Shown here piece after piece: positions 12,275 to 24,037 of a stretch of 64,000 nucleotides of DNA (its first letter is position 1; each line of letters begins with the position of its first letter). The stretch is taken from the IMG/VR virus record IMGVR_UViG_2061766007_000155. The stretch is one strand, 5' to 3'. The position numbers and the translations under genes were made by a program. The notes below the pieces were generated by a model that saw only the letters and a list, made by a program, of their open reading frames with translations, was not told where the DNA came from and made no database searches. The stretch comes from an uncultured virus (IMG/VR IMGVR_UViG_2061766007_000155) (taxonomy: Duplodnaviria; Heunggongvirae; Uroviricota; Caudoviricetes).

Positions 12275-15200
12275 ATGAAAGAAGGACTGATGGAAGCACA
12301 TATCAATTCCAGCGGAGCTAGCAAGACTGAAATTGCTAACAGTTTTAACGAGGCATATGACGTAATCAGGCGAATCGTCAAGAAGTACAACGGCATGGTG
12401 GGGCGCAACGTCACCATCGTCGACCAGGTTACGTACGTGGTGTCGTTCGTTCACCCCGAAGTCAAGGACCTGAACGGCAGCGTGCTTGGCAATGTCACGT
12501 CCGGCATGAAGCAGACCCCGGGGAGCATCCTCGACGGCTATTCGGCAATGCCGAACCTCGAGAAGATGGGCGGACGCCCTGTTACCGAGAAGAACCTCCC
12601 GTTCGTCAACCAGCCGATGGTCACCCTGCTCAACGCGGTGAGCGGCGGCGTGCTCAACAAGCTGCTCAACGCCCAGCCTCGCGGCGCATACGAGGACGAC
12701 GCCAGCTCCGGATTCGGCTCCGAGGAGTTTGAACGCAGGGCCAACGAAATCCAGGCATATGTACTGAACGACGACGCCAACACGACGAGAGGCTTCATCG
12801 CGTCAAAGAGAAGGGCCGCCAAGAAGCAGGCCGACGTCGACGGGCTCGCGGCGCTCGACGAAGCGATTAACTATGGCTCGCTGTTCGGGTTCACCCGCGA
12901 CGACGTGACACACGGCGAAGACGGTGACAACGCATGGGCGGTACTCGAGAACCTGGAACACTGGTTCTACGCGCTCATCACTACCAACATTACACTGGAC
13001 AACATCAAGTACGAGCCGGAAGAACTCGGCAAGTCCGTATTTACCTACGTGAAGGGCCTCCGCAATATCCTCACCAAGCCGGAGGTAGTCAAGCTGCTCA
13101 ACGCCATCGACGACAACATCATGAACCCGACCGTCGGTGATGTCGAGATTGCCGACCGTGGCGAGCTCTGGCTCAACGGCGACATCTACCAGCTCGGCAC
13201 ATTGATGTGCATGGCCCCGAACTCTACCCTGGGTGACCCACAGAGGACACCGCTCTTCACCTACCTCGTAGGCAGGGTGGATGCCAACGAATATGCCGAC
13301 GGTATCAGGGCACTGAGCGAGTTCGTTAACTCTCCCTATATCGACGTACCGGCCGGCGAAAACAGCTCCGACACCAAGAGGGTGCCTCTTGTCCCGAAGG
13401 TCGGTACCGATTACTGGTCCCGCAACGCAATCTCCGGGGTGGCCCAGTCAATCGCCCAGGAATACGGCAACCCGGTGGCTGCACGCCTTTCCAAGCAGCT
13501 CAGCCGAGACCAGCAGATTTCCGCCACCCTGAGGACGCTTTCTTCTAGCGGGTTGGCTACCGAAAGCATCAGGGACAGGTATTCCCTCATCGCGTCCATT
13601 GCCACCATGGTGGAGCAGTACAGGAAGGACGACCCGACGGAAAGCCTCGAGTGCGGCCTCGTGGCCGACCCGGGAAAGACCAGTGCCGACGTCGGTGTGA
13701 AGGAGGACATCGATAAGGATGAAAAGGCCCGCCGCGCAAACATCAACAAGCCGCCTATGGACCTGGCAAACGACTTCGTCAAGAGGACGCTGCCCAAGAA
13801 CACCCAGAATCTCCTTACGCAGCGCGAGTCCGAGGTGTTCATCCTCGACCCGGCATCCGACGACGTGCAGGGTTCAGCAATCCTCCCGAAATGGTCCATC
13901 CCGATGTTCTCGAAGGACTTCCAGTTCCCGAAGGGTGCCGACAATTACGAACAGGAGATAAGCAACCTGGGCGTCGCCCTCATCGCATACCTGGCAATCG
14001 CCAGCAACGATGACGAAATCAAGAAGTTCCCCTGGTTAGACAAGCATGTCGAGACCGAGGATGACGACTCCGGCGAAGGCAACGGCAATCAGGTGACCGT
14101 AGTCAGCGTCGGCGCTGACCCGAACGTCGACGAAGAGGAAATTGCCAAGGAAGTGGAGCGTTACTTCAAGTGGATAGTCACCGAAAGTACCGACCCGTCC
14201 AACGTTGTCCGCCTCCGTAACGCATGGGTCGACGCATTGACCGACCCGGACCGCTGGGGACTCATCTTCCATGCAGTCCAGGCGTACCTCCGCTGGTACA
14301 TCGAGAACCAGCTCCTGATAGAAGAAAACGGGGCGAATGCCGATAAGATAGTCGAGTCCCTCCTGGAGGACCTCGGTGACAAAATCGTGTATGGCGCACG
14401 CGACTTCGTGCTCAGGAACATATTCATCGTGAAGGAAGGCAGCCGTGACCTCCAGCTGTCCAACGACCTCATCGCTTCCAAGGTGAAGCCGATTTCCCCG
14501 ATTAACCTCTCCGAGAACGGCCGTCTCCGCGAAAGTGGCGGCGACGAGGGCAGCGTGACTGCCGACGGTAAGGAATTGCTCAACAATACCATGGGCAAGG
14601 TCGTCAAGGTGACCCGCAGGAACGAGGTTGACCGCAGGACCGGCGACAACGTGCAGAACAACGAATATACCGTCAACTTCAAGCAGGGCAGCGGCCTCGT
14701 CACTGGCGAATTCAATGACCGCATGCTCGATAACTGGATGCCCGAAGGCCTCGTCCTCATGGTCGACAGCGCTTCCAAGAGCGTCCAGTACTCTCTCTGG
14801 GTCGGCGTGAACTTCGTGGACATCCAGACCATGGAAGGCAATCTCGGTTCTTTCCGTACTTCCCAGGAGGAAATCGACGCGTCCAACAAGGAATACATGA
14901 ATTCCTCCGTTGGTTCCCCGGCGTATGCCGACGCACTGGAACCCGCCAAGGAAGCCGCCAAGTTCCTCGACACGGTCAGTGGTCCGGCACTCGGTGCCGT
15001 ACGCCGTGCAGGCGACCTAATCACCAAGGCCGACACCCGCACGTTCAACAGCATCTACGACATGCTGCGTTTCGCATCGGGCCCGCGCATGGCCGAGGAC
15101 CAGACGTTCAATGATTCTATCCAGATGAACGAGATTGACGGGAAGTCCGCCGAAAAGGCTGCCGCCGACATCTTCGCCGGCATCGCCAGCGTGTTCGCGG

Positions 15201-18200
15201 CAACCAAGATGGAACTCGACGACTCGTTCTACTGCGACATCGACTCCACCCGTACTCTCCACGAGTTGCAGAGCCTCTGCAGCGAGAGCGTCTTCCGGGC
15301 ATACCCGAAGCAGTGCCTCGTAAGGCTGGCCAGCGCCCTGAATACCCTCACGGCAATCCCGGAAGTTTCCGAGTACCCGTTCGTAATCGAGGAAATGGAC
15401 GGTAACCAAATCACTATCGGGAACAACGGCGAAGACATCTCCCATACGAGCATGTTCGAGGCCAAGGGCAACGGCGAATCGTTCAAGTACCTCATTTCCG
15501 AGCTGGGCGAGGACGCCAACAGCATTGTGCAGGCACTGCGTACCGGCGAGGGGAACCTGGCCGGCCTGTATGCCGCTACGATGGACCACCTTGCCGACCT
15601 CACGGCCTTGTTCGACGATGAATTCAAGGAATCCCTGACTTCGAGCGCTTCCTACAATACGGGTCGCCCGGCAGGTACTGTTCAGCGCGAAATCGAGCAG
15701 GGAATTGACAAGTACGCACAGGTTATCACCAACCAGGATTCGTATGACGCCCTTGCCGGCCTCCTCCACTCGATTGTGCCTGAACTGCGCCAGTCTCCGG
15801 AGGTCATGAACAAGAGCCTAATCGACGTGCTGAACGCCGTATACTATGCAAGGCAGCTCCCGGGCGAACTTGCAGCCAGTAGGGAACCGCACGACAACTA
15901 TGACCCTATTGCCGCGAACACCGCAAAACGCGTGTATACCGGCAGCGAAGGGTTTGACGACGTGGTGACCCCGGACTACAACGGTGAAAACGACGACTTC
16001 TCGGGTTCCCACCTGTCCAACGGCATCGACCACGAGGCCGTGATGGAATTCGACGCCGAGGACTCCGAAAGGGTCAACTTCGACGGTGTATCCACGCAGT
16101 TCCCGATGTTCAACATGATTGCATGCGACAAGCGCGGCATGTACAGCGGCAACGGCAGCTTCAACGTGTCCATGGGCATCAGCCCTCCGGAACTCGAACA
16201 GGTTGCCGCGGCGCTCGACTCCGCACATGAAGCCGTGCAGAACGGTGACTGGACGCCACGCGGCAAGAACGTGGCAATCAGCGAGCAGGACGCCGCCAAG
16301 AACCAGAGCATCGACAATGCAATCGACTCGTTCTACGGCTTCTTTGCCTCGACGAAGATGCTCGCGCAGCGTAACGTCATCAAGGATGCCCTTGATATCG
16401 GTCGCAAGCTAGAGTCAGCAGTCGATTCGTGCGGCGACATCACTGTCCGCCACATACTGAACAAGGTGTTCAACGCATATGTCAAGACTGTGTCCGACGT
16501 GATGAACCAGGGCAGGGAAGACAACGGCCCCAACACGGCCCGTACAGAAGGCGAGGCGGCCAGGAAGATTTCCACGGCCATCGCCAACATCGTCCTTTAC
16601 CTCGATTCCGAAATCGCTACCGAAATGCCGAGCACCGACCCGACCGGCCTGGAAGTGTACGGAAAGCGCAACCGCTCCGGTTACGAAATCAATTCCGACA
16701 TCGCCGACCGTTTCGCGTTGGCATCGGCATACAACCCTGAAGCCAATGCAGACAAGTCGTCTAGCGGTATCAGGAAACGCCAGCTTGCCATTGCCAAGAC
16801 CCGTCTTGCCAAGGACATCCGCGGCCAGTTCCGCGACAGCATGGACTATGGTGTGAACGAGGTCGAACGGTTCGCTGACACCCTTACAAACATCTATGAG
16901 CGTGTCGGTAAGTCCGCTACCCTCGGCTACGAGGAAGCGATTTCCCCGTTCGACGACCTGGTCGGCAAGAGCCAGGCAAAGCACGACAAGCCGTACAACA
17001 CCCTGTATACCGGGGAATCNNNNNNNNNNTGACCTGGTCGGCAAGAGCCAGGCAAAGCACGACAAGCCGTACAATACCCTGTATACCGGGGAGTCAATGA
17101 ACGACCTCGGTTCCGCGCTGATGTATGCAATCGTTACCGACGAAAGNNNNNNNNNNCTTCGATGACGGCTGGTTCACGTTCGATATCCCCGTGTCGATTA
17201 TCTACAATATCGTAGAGGATAAGATTGCCCATACCAACCTGAGCAAGAGCATGAACGAATGGAAGGCCTTNNNNNNNNNNTAACGACCCGGCAGGCCCGG
17301 CACGCGACTTGGCGATGAAGAAGCTCGACGAAGTCAAGCAGCTCATCGTCAGTGCNNNNNNNNNNCATGAACGACCTCGGTTCCGCGCTGATGTATGCAA
17401 TCGTTACCGACGAAAGGACCCGTAACCCAGGCGTTACAACCAAGTACGGCACGTTCGAGGACATGATACGCATGCTTACCGGCAACGTGGAAGACGCAGC
17501 CAATCAAGGCAAGCAGAACCCGATAGCCGTCCCGAAGTACATCCTCAAGGGACTGTACATGGAGAAGGACCCGGATACCGGGAAGAAGGAACTCGACTAC
17601 GATACCCTGACTTTCGCCATGTTCAACGAGGATGGCTCCAGTATCACCAGCGGTACCGTCAACGGGTTTGCCGAGCAGCTGCCGGCATTTGCCGGGCTTG
17701 AGGCTATAGGCAAGACAATCGGCGTCCCGCTTACCAACGACGATACCATCGACGAGGCGGTCAGCAAGATTAGGACCGCCATCATCACCCGCAAGCTCGA
17801 CAACAACAGCGCCCTGGAGACGCTGTCCAGGAAGGATGCTGCTACCAACAAGAAGATATACTCGGAGACAATCGAGAACTTCGTCGACACCATGCTCGCC
17901 GCTGCAGGAGTGACCATGGCAACGCCGACCACGTTCGTTCCGCTGTCCGTGCTCTATACCTGCCTTGACGACAAGGCGCTGAACACGGCCATGCATAACG
18001 TAATCGAGCAGTCCGCCGACTATATCAGGGAAAGGCAGAGCGAGAACGCCGGTGACGAAATCATGCGCAGCATGGTCGGCGACCAGTACGGCGAGATTCC
18101 CGAAGTGGGCGAGATTGCAGCCGAAAACGAGGAGTACCTCGTTGACGACTTTGCCAACGCCCTCAAGGAAATGAAGAGCGGTGTCGGTACCCAGCAGGCC

Positions 18201-20423
18201 AAGATGCGTGCCGCAATCAGTCACCAGAACAGCAACGATGTGGATGGCGAGGAAATCAATATCCCGAACTCCAGCCTGCGCGAAATCTTTGGCGCGGAAA
18301 AGGCCGAGGAATGCGTCAATGCGCTCATGCAGCAGGTGCCGATGCACGTGCTTGCAGGCATGGACGATAACGAGCTTGTCGAGCATGCTCGCAAGTTTGT
18401 CAGGTCGATGGTGGAACAGAACAACGTTGTCGACGCGAGCGCCCCGCTTGCACGTATCGCCGACGACCTGTTCGGTATCGCCGACGGCGGCACTCCGTAT
18501 GACCAGGGACTTGCCGACATCACGTCGACTATTGGCGCAAGGAACCAGTCGCTCGCTGTCAAGCTAGTGAAATCGTATTGCGACAATCTCGGTGTCTCTG
18601 TCCCGACTGACGGCTCAAGCATTGCCGACAACATCGACATCTCCCCGAGCCGCATGCGCAACGTGGCATTGCAGACTGTCAACCGCGAGCTTAACACCAA
18701 GGGCGAGTTCAGGTCACTGTTCTTGCACAAGTACCCGACTGAAGGCAACAAGGAACTGCAGGCCCGCAAGGTCATGCACGGTACAGTCCACCCGTTCGGC
18801 ACAGCAGCTATCGGCGACGTGAACGGTCTGAGCATCATGTACAAGAAGGTGAAGGACGCGCTCAACGGCACTACCGATGCCGAGGAAGCGGCCAGCCTCC
18901 TCACTGGTGCAAAGTTCAACATCGACGGAGTCACCGGTGCCGCTGCTATCGATTCCTTCAACAAGTACTTCACCGAGCTCAAGAAGAAGCTCGCCAGCGT
19001 ACTCAGGAGCACGTTCACTGGCGTTGACGCCAGCATCAAGCTCAAGGGCGACGCCGGCGACAGGGCACCCGACTATGCAAGGAAGGTCCGTGAAAACAGA
19101 TGCGCTACCGAGTCCGACCCGGCAGGTCCGGCACGTGACTTGGCGATGAAGAAGCTCGACGAAGTCAAGCAGCTCATCGTCAGCGCAATCGGAAAGAAGT
19201 CGCCCAACAGCGTATCCATCTTCACCGACGCACTTGACGGGTTCTTGCGCGAACACTGCACATGGCAGCCCGACATGACCGTTGAGGAACTTAACCAAGT
19301 GAAGAGCGCAAGCAAGGTTCTCGGCAACGCCCAGCTCGACGAAGACTATGTCTATCTGCGCGACGCCATGGCCGAGGCATTCGCCACGTCCAACAACCGC
19401 TACCAGCGCGACGTCAAGTCCATTGTCGGCATGACCTCGAGCGCCACCGGCATCAACGTTGACCTCGTGTTCCCTGAAAGCAAGCTCAGGTCGCTCGCCG
19501 ATGCCATGGCCAACATCAAGGATTCGCCAATCAAGCATGCCGACTCCGACATGTTCGACGACGAATACGAGATTGACGGGAAGCCGGTGTCTTGGAACCG
19601 CTGCATGGTCATCCTGAACTCCGCACTGCACATGTGCAACGTCGACGCCCTCGAAGGGGACAACCTCTCCGTTCGCGACGTGATTAACGAGGACCTGTTC
19701 CAGTGCGTACGCCGCTGTGCATCGTCCGTAAGGGACCTGCCGCTGATGCCGGACAGCATCGCGTCAATCCTCCTCACGACGATGTTCAAGAAGAAGCTGC
19801 TCACGCTGTCCCCGGTCAACGGGTGCATCCGCATGAAGCACCGATTCGATGACGGCTGGTTCACGTTCGACATCCCCGTGTCGATTATCTACAATATCGT
19901 CGAGGACAAGATTGCCCATACCAACCTGAGCAAGAGCATGAACGAATGGAAGGCCTTTGCCGACGAAGTCGACAAGTACACCAATACCGGAAACCGCCTC
20001 AACAGCTACAAGATTACCAACCACGAGCTCGGTAACCAGCTGTGGGACCTCTTCTCCAGTGTCCAGAAGACCCTCATCTCGCAGATTGACGGGTATCTCG
20101 AGGACCTGGATGCCGATGACTACGACAGGCTGCTGAGGAGCAGGAACGGCATGGATACCGACGACGGAATCCATATCACCAAGTCCAGGGTTGTCGCGGA
20201 CGAAACCCACCCGGCACCCGAAGACTCCGCCAACGCGTTCCCCGAAAGACGCAGGTACAGGGACAACACCGAGGAAGACCGTAGCCAGGAAATCGAATTC
20301 CCTGAACGGTTCCCGAGGGATAGGCGCCCGTTCCGCGAGCCGGAAGAACCGGACGAACCGGAGGATACCCCGGAACTCCCGGGTCCTGAACCGGAAGACG
20401 AGCCGGAGGACGAAGTACAGTAA
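12275..20423 (+). CDS. Giant (about 2600 aa) acidic hypothetical protein, probably virion-associated; small allelic fragments are interleaved at 17030-17355
   Basis: 1585-aa and 1023-aa ORFs are bridged by the fragment YTGESMNDLGSALMY; late motif upstream and strong terminator downstream; no catalytic motif recognised. Confidence 0.75.
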
Positions 20424-20426
20424 ATC

Positions 20427-20454
20427 AAAGGGGCGGATTAATCCGCCCCTTTTT
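20427..20454. terminator. Bidirectional intrinsic terminator
   Basis: Perfect inverted repeat AAAGGGGCGGATTAATCCGCCCCTTT followed by a T run, between convergent genes. Confidence 0.9.
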
Positions 20455-20478
20455 GAATGCATTTAAACAAATTGAAAA

Positions 20479-21150
20479 CTACTGCGGGTTGCCGATGTCG
20501 TTCAGGTTCAGGATGTCGGACTTACGTGTGCGCGGTCCGACGACGGTGTACTTGTTGTACATCCCGGGGTAGTCATGCCCGGCGACCTTGCGGTATGTCA
20601 TGAGGGCGGCCTCGACCGCAGCGGCGGCTGCACTGATTGCCTCGTCCGCATCGCTCATCATCGGGTCGCTAACCGCCTCGCAGCCGTCTGCCCCGCAGTA
20701 CAGCTTGCCGGTGCCGCCGCCCTGGATGTTGTTGAACATCTCCCTGATTTGGGGAACCGCGCTGGAGCCCGGGTACTTCTCCTCGATTGCCTCGAGGATG
20801 GCGTTCAGCTGCTTAGGGCTTACCGACTCGCCGCCGGCAAACGCTCCACCTCCGTCCCCGACAGGTGCAGGTGCGCCCGCGCCTTCGCCAATCTGGGCGC
20901 CTTCGCCGTCGGCCAGGCCGTCGAACGGCCCGTTCTCGCCGGAACCGGCATACGGGCCCATGGCGTCCCAGGCGCAGCCGAGCTTCGGGTGTTTCTTCCC
21001 GCCGTCTACTGGGTGGGTGACGGGGACTTTGCCGACCTTCGGGTCATTGGTCTTTTCCTTGGCCTCGTTGAGTCCGGCCGGAATCTTGGAATCTTCCGGG
21101 GTTTCCGGGGGTTCCTGGTAGTAAAGGTTGACAAATTGCTCTTCGGTCAT
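20479..21150 (-). CDS. Hypothetical late protein (Gly/Pro-rich)
   Basis: GAGGA RBS; two tandem ATAAACT motifs upstream (21174-21180, 21184-21190). Confidence 0.7.
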   Translation of the reverse strand: MTEEQFVNLYYQEPPETPEDSKIPAGLNEAKEKTNDPKVGKVPVTHPVDGGKKHPKLGCAWDAMGPYAGSGENGPFDGLADGEGAQIGEGAGAPAPVGDGGGAFAGGESVSPKQLNAILEAIEEKYPGSSAVPQIREMFNNIQGGGTGKLYCGADGCEAVSDPMMSDADEAISAAAAAVEAALMTYRKVAGHDYPGMYNKYTVVGPRTRKSDILNLNDIGNPQ

Positions 21151-21205
21151 TGCTGTCCTCGCGATTTTCCATCAGTTTATCGTAGTTTATTCATCGGAGG
21201 CGCAA

Positions 21206-22529
21206 ATGATTGACGCATACGGCATACTGGGCGTGTCGCCCACGGCTACCGACGATGAGATACACAAGGCATACAAGGCCCTGTCAAGGAAGTACCACCC
21301 GGACCACGGCGGCAACCCGGACGACATGGCCCGACTGAACGAGGCATATGCCCTTGTGAAGACGCCGGAGCTCCGGCAGAAGTACGTTAACGGCAACGAG
21401 TTCGCCGTCAAGTTCAAGTGGATGGAGAGTGTGTTCGGGAAATCCGACGTCGCGTCCAATTTCGGGAAGCCCCCGGAGGACGACCGGTGCGGCGACAGGG
21501 GTACCGATATCGAGATTACCGAGAATATCCCGCTGGAGATGTTCATCTTCGGCCAGTACGGGCACGAGGTACACTATACGAAGACCAGCGAATGCCTCCA
21601 GTGCTCGGGAATTGGCGGCGACAAGACTGTAAACTGTCCCAGATGCGGGGCCACGGGCAAAATCGTGTTCCGCAAGAAGGAAAAGCAGTGTCCGAAGTGT
21701 CACGGGAGGGGAAACGTGGTCGTCGGAGAGTGCCAGGTATGTAACGGCACCGGCTACATGGAGAAGGAAAGCAGCTATACGTTCGACATCACTCCCGGCC
21801 TGACCGAGAAAATCGCCGTCGGGAAGGGAAATGACGGCCTGAAGGGCGGTCCGAACGGCGACCTGCGCGTGACCATAAACCCCTTGCCCGACGAGGAACG
21901 CGGGATGGAGGCTTTCATGTCCCCGGACGGGTTCCCCTTCATCAGTTTNNNNNNNNNNCGTAAACTGTCCCAGGTGCGGGGCTACGGGCAAAATCGTGTT
22001 CCGCAAGAAGGAAAAGCAGTGCCCGAAGTGCCACGGGAGGGGAAACGTGGTCGTCGGCGAGTGCCAGGTATGCAACGGCACCGGCTACATGGAGAAGGAA
22101 AGCAGCTATACGTTCGACATCACTCCCGGCCTGACCGAGAAAGTCGCCGTCGGGAAGGGAAATGACGGCATGAAGGGTGGCCCGAACGGCGACCTGCGCG
22201 TGACCATAAACCCCTTGCCCGACGAGGAGCGCGGGATGGAGGCTTTCATGTCCCCGGACGGGTTCCCTTTTATCAGTTTCGTGCGCCGGATACCCCCGGA
22301 GGACTTCATTCTGGGCACCACGCTCGACTTCGACGTGTACGGGAGGCTGTTCGTGGTCAACGTGCCGAGGGGAACATGCGATTTCTCATATTCTTACCCG
22401 GTGGAGAACCTGCTCGGCACCGGAATCCGGGCGATGGTGAACGTCGAGCTCGCCCCGGAAGACTCCTGGGAGTCCCTGGAGGCACAATATAGTGCCCTGA
22501 GGGAAGCAAGGAAGAGCAAAAAGACATAA
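21206..22529 (+). CDS. dnaJ: DnaJ-like co-chaperone (J domain, CxxCxGxG zinc fingers, C-terminal domain); two overlapping alleles
   Basis: AYGILGVSPTATDDEIHKAYKALSRKYHPD; four CxxCxGxG-type repeats; GGPNGDLRVTI; GGAGG RBS. Confidence 0.9.
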
Positions 22530-22555
22530 TTTTGGAACAAAGAGAGGATTTAACC

Positions 22556-23023
22556 ATGTCAAATATCGTGAAAATGACCGTGAAGGACCGCCACAACATC
22601 ATCAAGTACGGATACAACCTGCCCAGCACGCTGCAGACGTATTTCCCGTTCTTCGGCCAGTTCCTTTCAATCTTCGAGTTCACCCCCGAAGAGGAGAAGG
22701 AATACGGAATCAAGATTGCCGATGGCGAAATTACGTGCAACTGCCCGGACAAGCTGTTCGACATCGACATCGACCAGGTACCGGAAGGCATCCATGCGGC
22801 CATCAAGATGCGAGTGACCGACTACAAGGCCGAAATGAAGAAGCTCCGCGAAGCGAACAAGGACAACAAGGAATACAAGGACTCCCCTCTGTTCGTCGCC
22901 ATCGTGGAAAACCTTTCCAAGCTTCTTACTGCCGAAGAAATCAAGGAAACCGAGCCCGAATACCAGGAAAAGCTGGCCAAGGAAAAGGAAAAGAAGCCTA
23001 TCCTGAAGCTCATCAAGAGGTAG
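22556..23023 (+). CDS. Hypothetical protein
   Basis: GAGGA RBS, ATG, strong codon bias. Confidence 0.7.
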   Translation: MSNIVKMTVKDRHNIIKYGYNLPSTLQTYFPFFGQFLSIFEFTPEEEKEYGIKIADGEITCNCPDKLFDIDIDQVPEGIHAAIKMRVTDYKAEMKKLREANKDNKEYKDSPLFVAIVENLSKLLTAEEIKETEPEYQEKLAKEKEKKPILKLIKR

Positions 23024-23026
23024 TGA

Positions 23027-24004
23027 TTGCCTTCCCTGAGCTACATGAACGGGTTCTCCTCCTCGTATCCCCCGTTCGCGGTCGTGCAGTGCAACTATGA
23101 CGGCGCGGACCCGGTGGACGAGCTCAAGGCGGAGATGGACAAGATGTCGGACGAGCCTGAATGCCAGGGTCGTCCGGTTCCGGTATATTACGTCAGCGGG
23201 ACCCTCGGGGCGATAAGCACCGAGGTAATCTACCTGTACATGTTCGGGGGAGTGCCGCTCATCCTGGAGCCCGGCGTGGTGGTTGAGGGGAGTGGGACAG
23301 ACGACGCAATGCTGGTCAACCGCAGCGGGCGATTCATCACCGAGATGTTCATGCACGGCAATGACCACGTGTTCAGCATAGGATATGTCGACGACCCGTG
23401 CGACGCCTATTCCTATGCGGTCGAGTATACCAGGCGGCAGGTTCCTACCAAGGATACCAGCCTGGATGCGGACATGGTGAACAGCTACCTTGCCGCGAAC
23501 CCGTACTCGATGACCCACGTGGGCACCATACAGCGACCGGGCGGAACGATGTTCGAGGTGTACGCAATCGGGGCGACAGAGTCGGCCATGTTCAGGCCGG
23601 ACAAGGACTTCATGGGCGGAGAGCCCGATGTAGAGAACGACAGGGACGGCGTGCGCGGGAGGATTGAGGTGCTCCTGTGCGGCGGCGACCCGGACATAGT
23701 GTGTATCGGGGCGATATGCAGCACCGACGGGTGGCTGTTCAACGTATGGGTCCCGAACGAGGCGGAGTACATCGACTGCGGTACCAAGATGCTGGCGCAG
23801 GACGACATACCGCACGACGTCCTGTACATAGACGAGGACGAACTGGCGCAGGCGTACCTGATGTACGACGAGAAGCTGCGTCACGACGAGATGGAGGCCG
23901 AGGGCATCGATACCGACGAGGACGAGTCCGACGTGCCGAACTTCGACTACGAAGAATACTATTCAGACGAATACGAGGACAGGAACAGCCCGGAACCGGT
24001 ATAA
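23027..24004 (+). CDS. Hypothetical acidic protein; exact start uncertain
   Basis: 325-aa ORF packed between neighbouring genes. Confidence 0.65.
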   Translation: MPSLSYMNGFSSSYPPFAVVQCNYDGADPVDELKAEMDKMSDEPECQGRPVPVYYVSGTLGAISTEVIYLYMFGGVPLILEPGVVVEGSGTDDAMLVNRSGRFITEMFMHGNDHVFSIGYVDDPCDAYSYAVEYTRRQVPTKDTSLDADMVNSYLAANPYSMTHVGTIQRPGGTMFEVYAIGATESAMFRPDKDFMGGEPDVENDRDGVRGRIEVLLCGGDPDIVCIGAICSTDGWLFNVWVPNEAEYIDCGTKMLAQDDIPHDVLYIDEDELAQAYLMYDEKLRHDEMEAEGIDTDEDESDVPNFDYEEYYSDEYEDRNSPEPV

Positions 24005-24014
24005 ACTACGGATA
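24000..24014 (+). promoter_or_regulatory. Putative late promoter
   Basis: TATAAACTACGGATA, identical to 2626-2640. Confidence 0.7.
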
Positions 24015-24037
24015 TCTTATCCGGGGAATACCGATTT

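Noticed and set aside
12275..20423. Virion RNA polymerase or tape-measure assignment for the giant ORF
   Set aside because: No DxDGD motif (NFDGV at about 16080 does not fit) and no tape-measure periodicity was recognised
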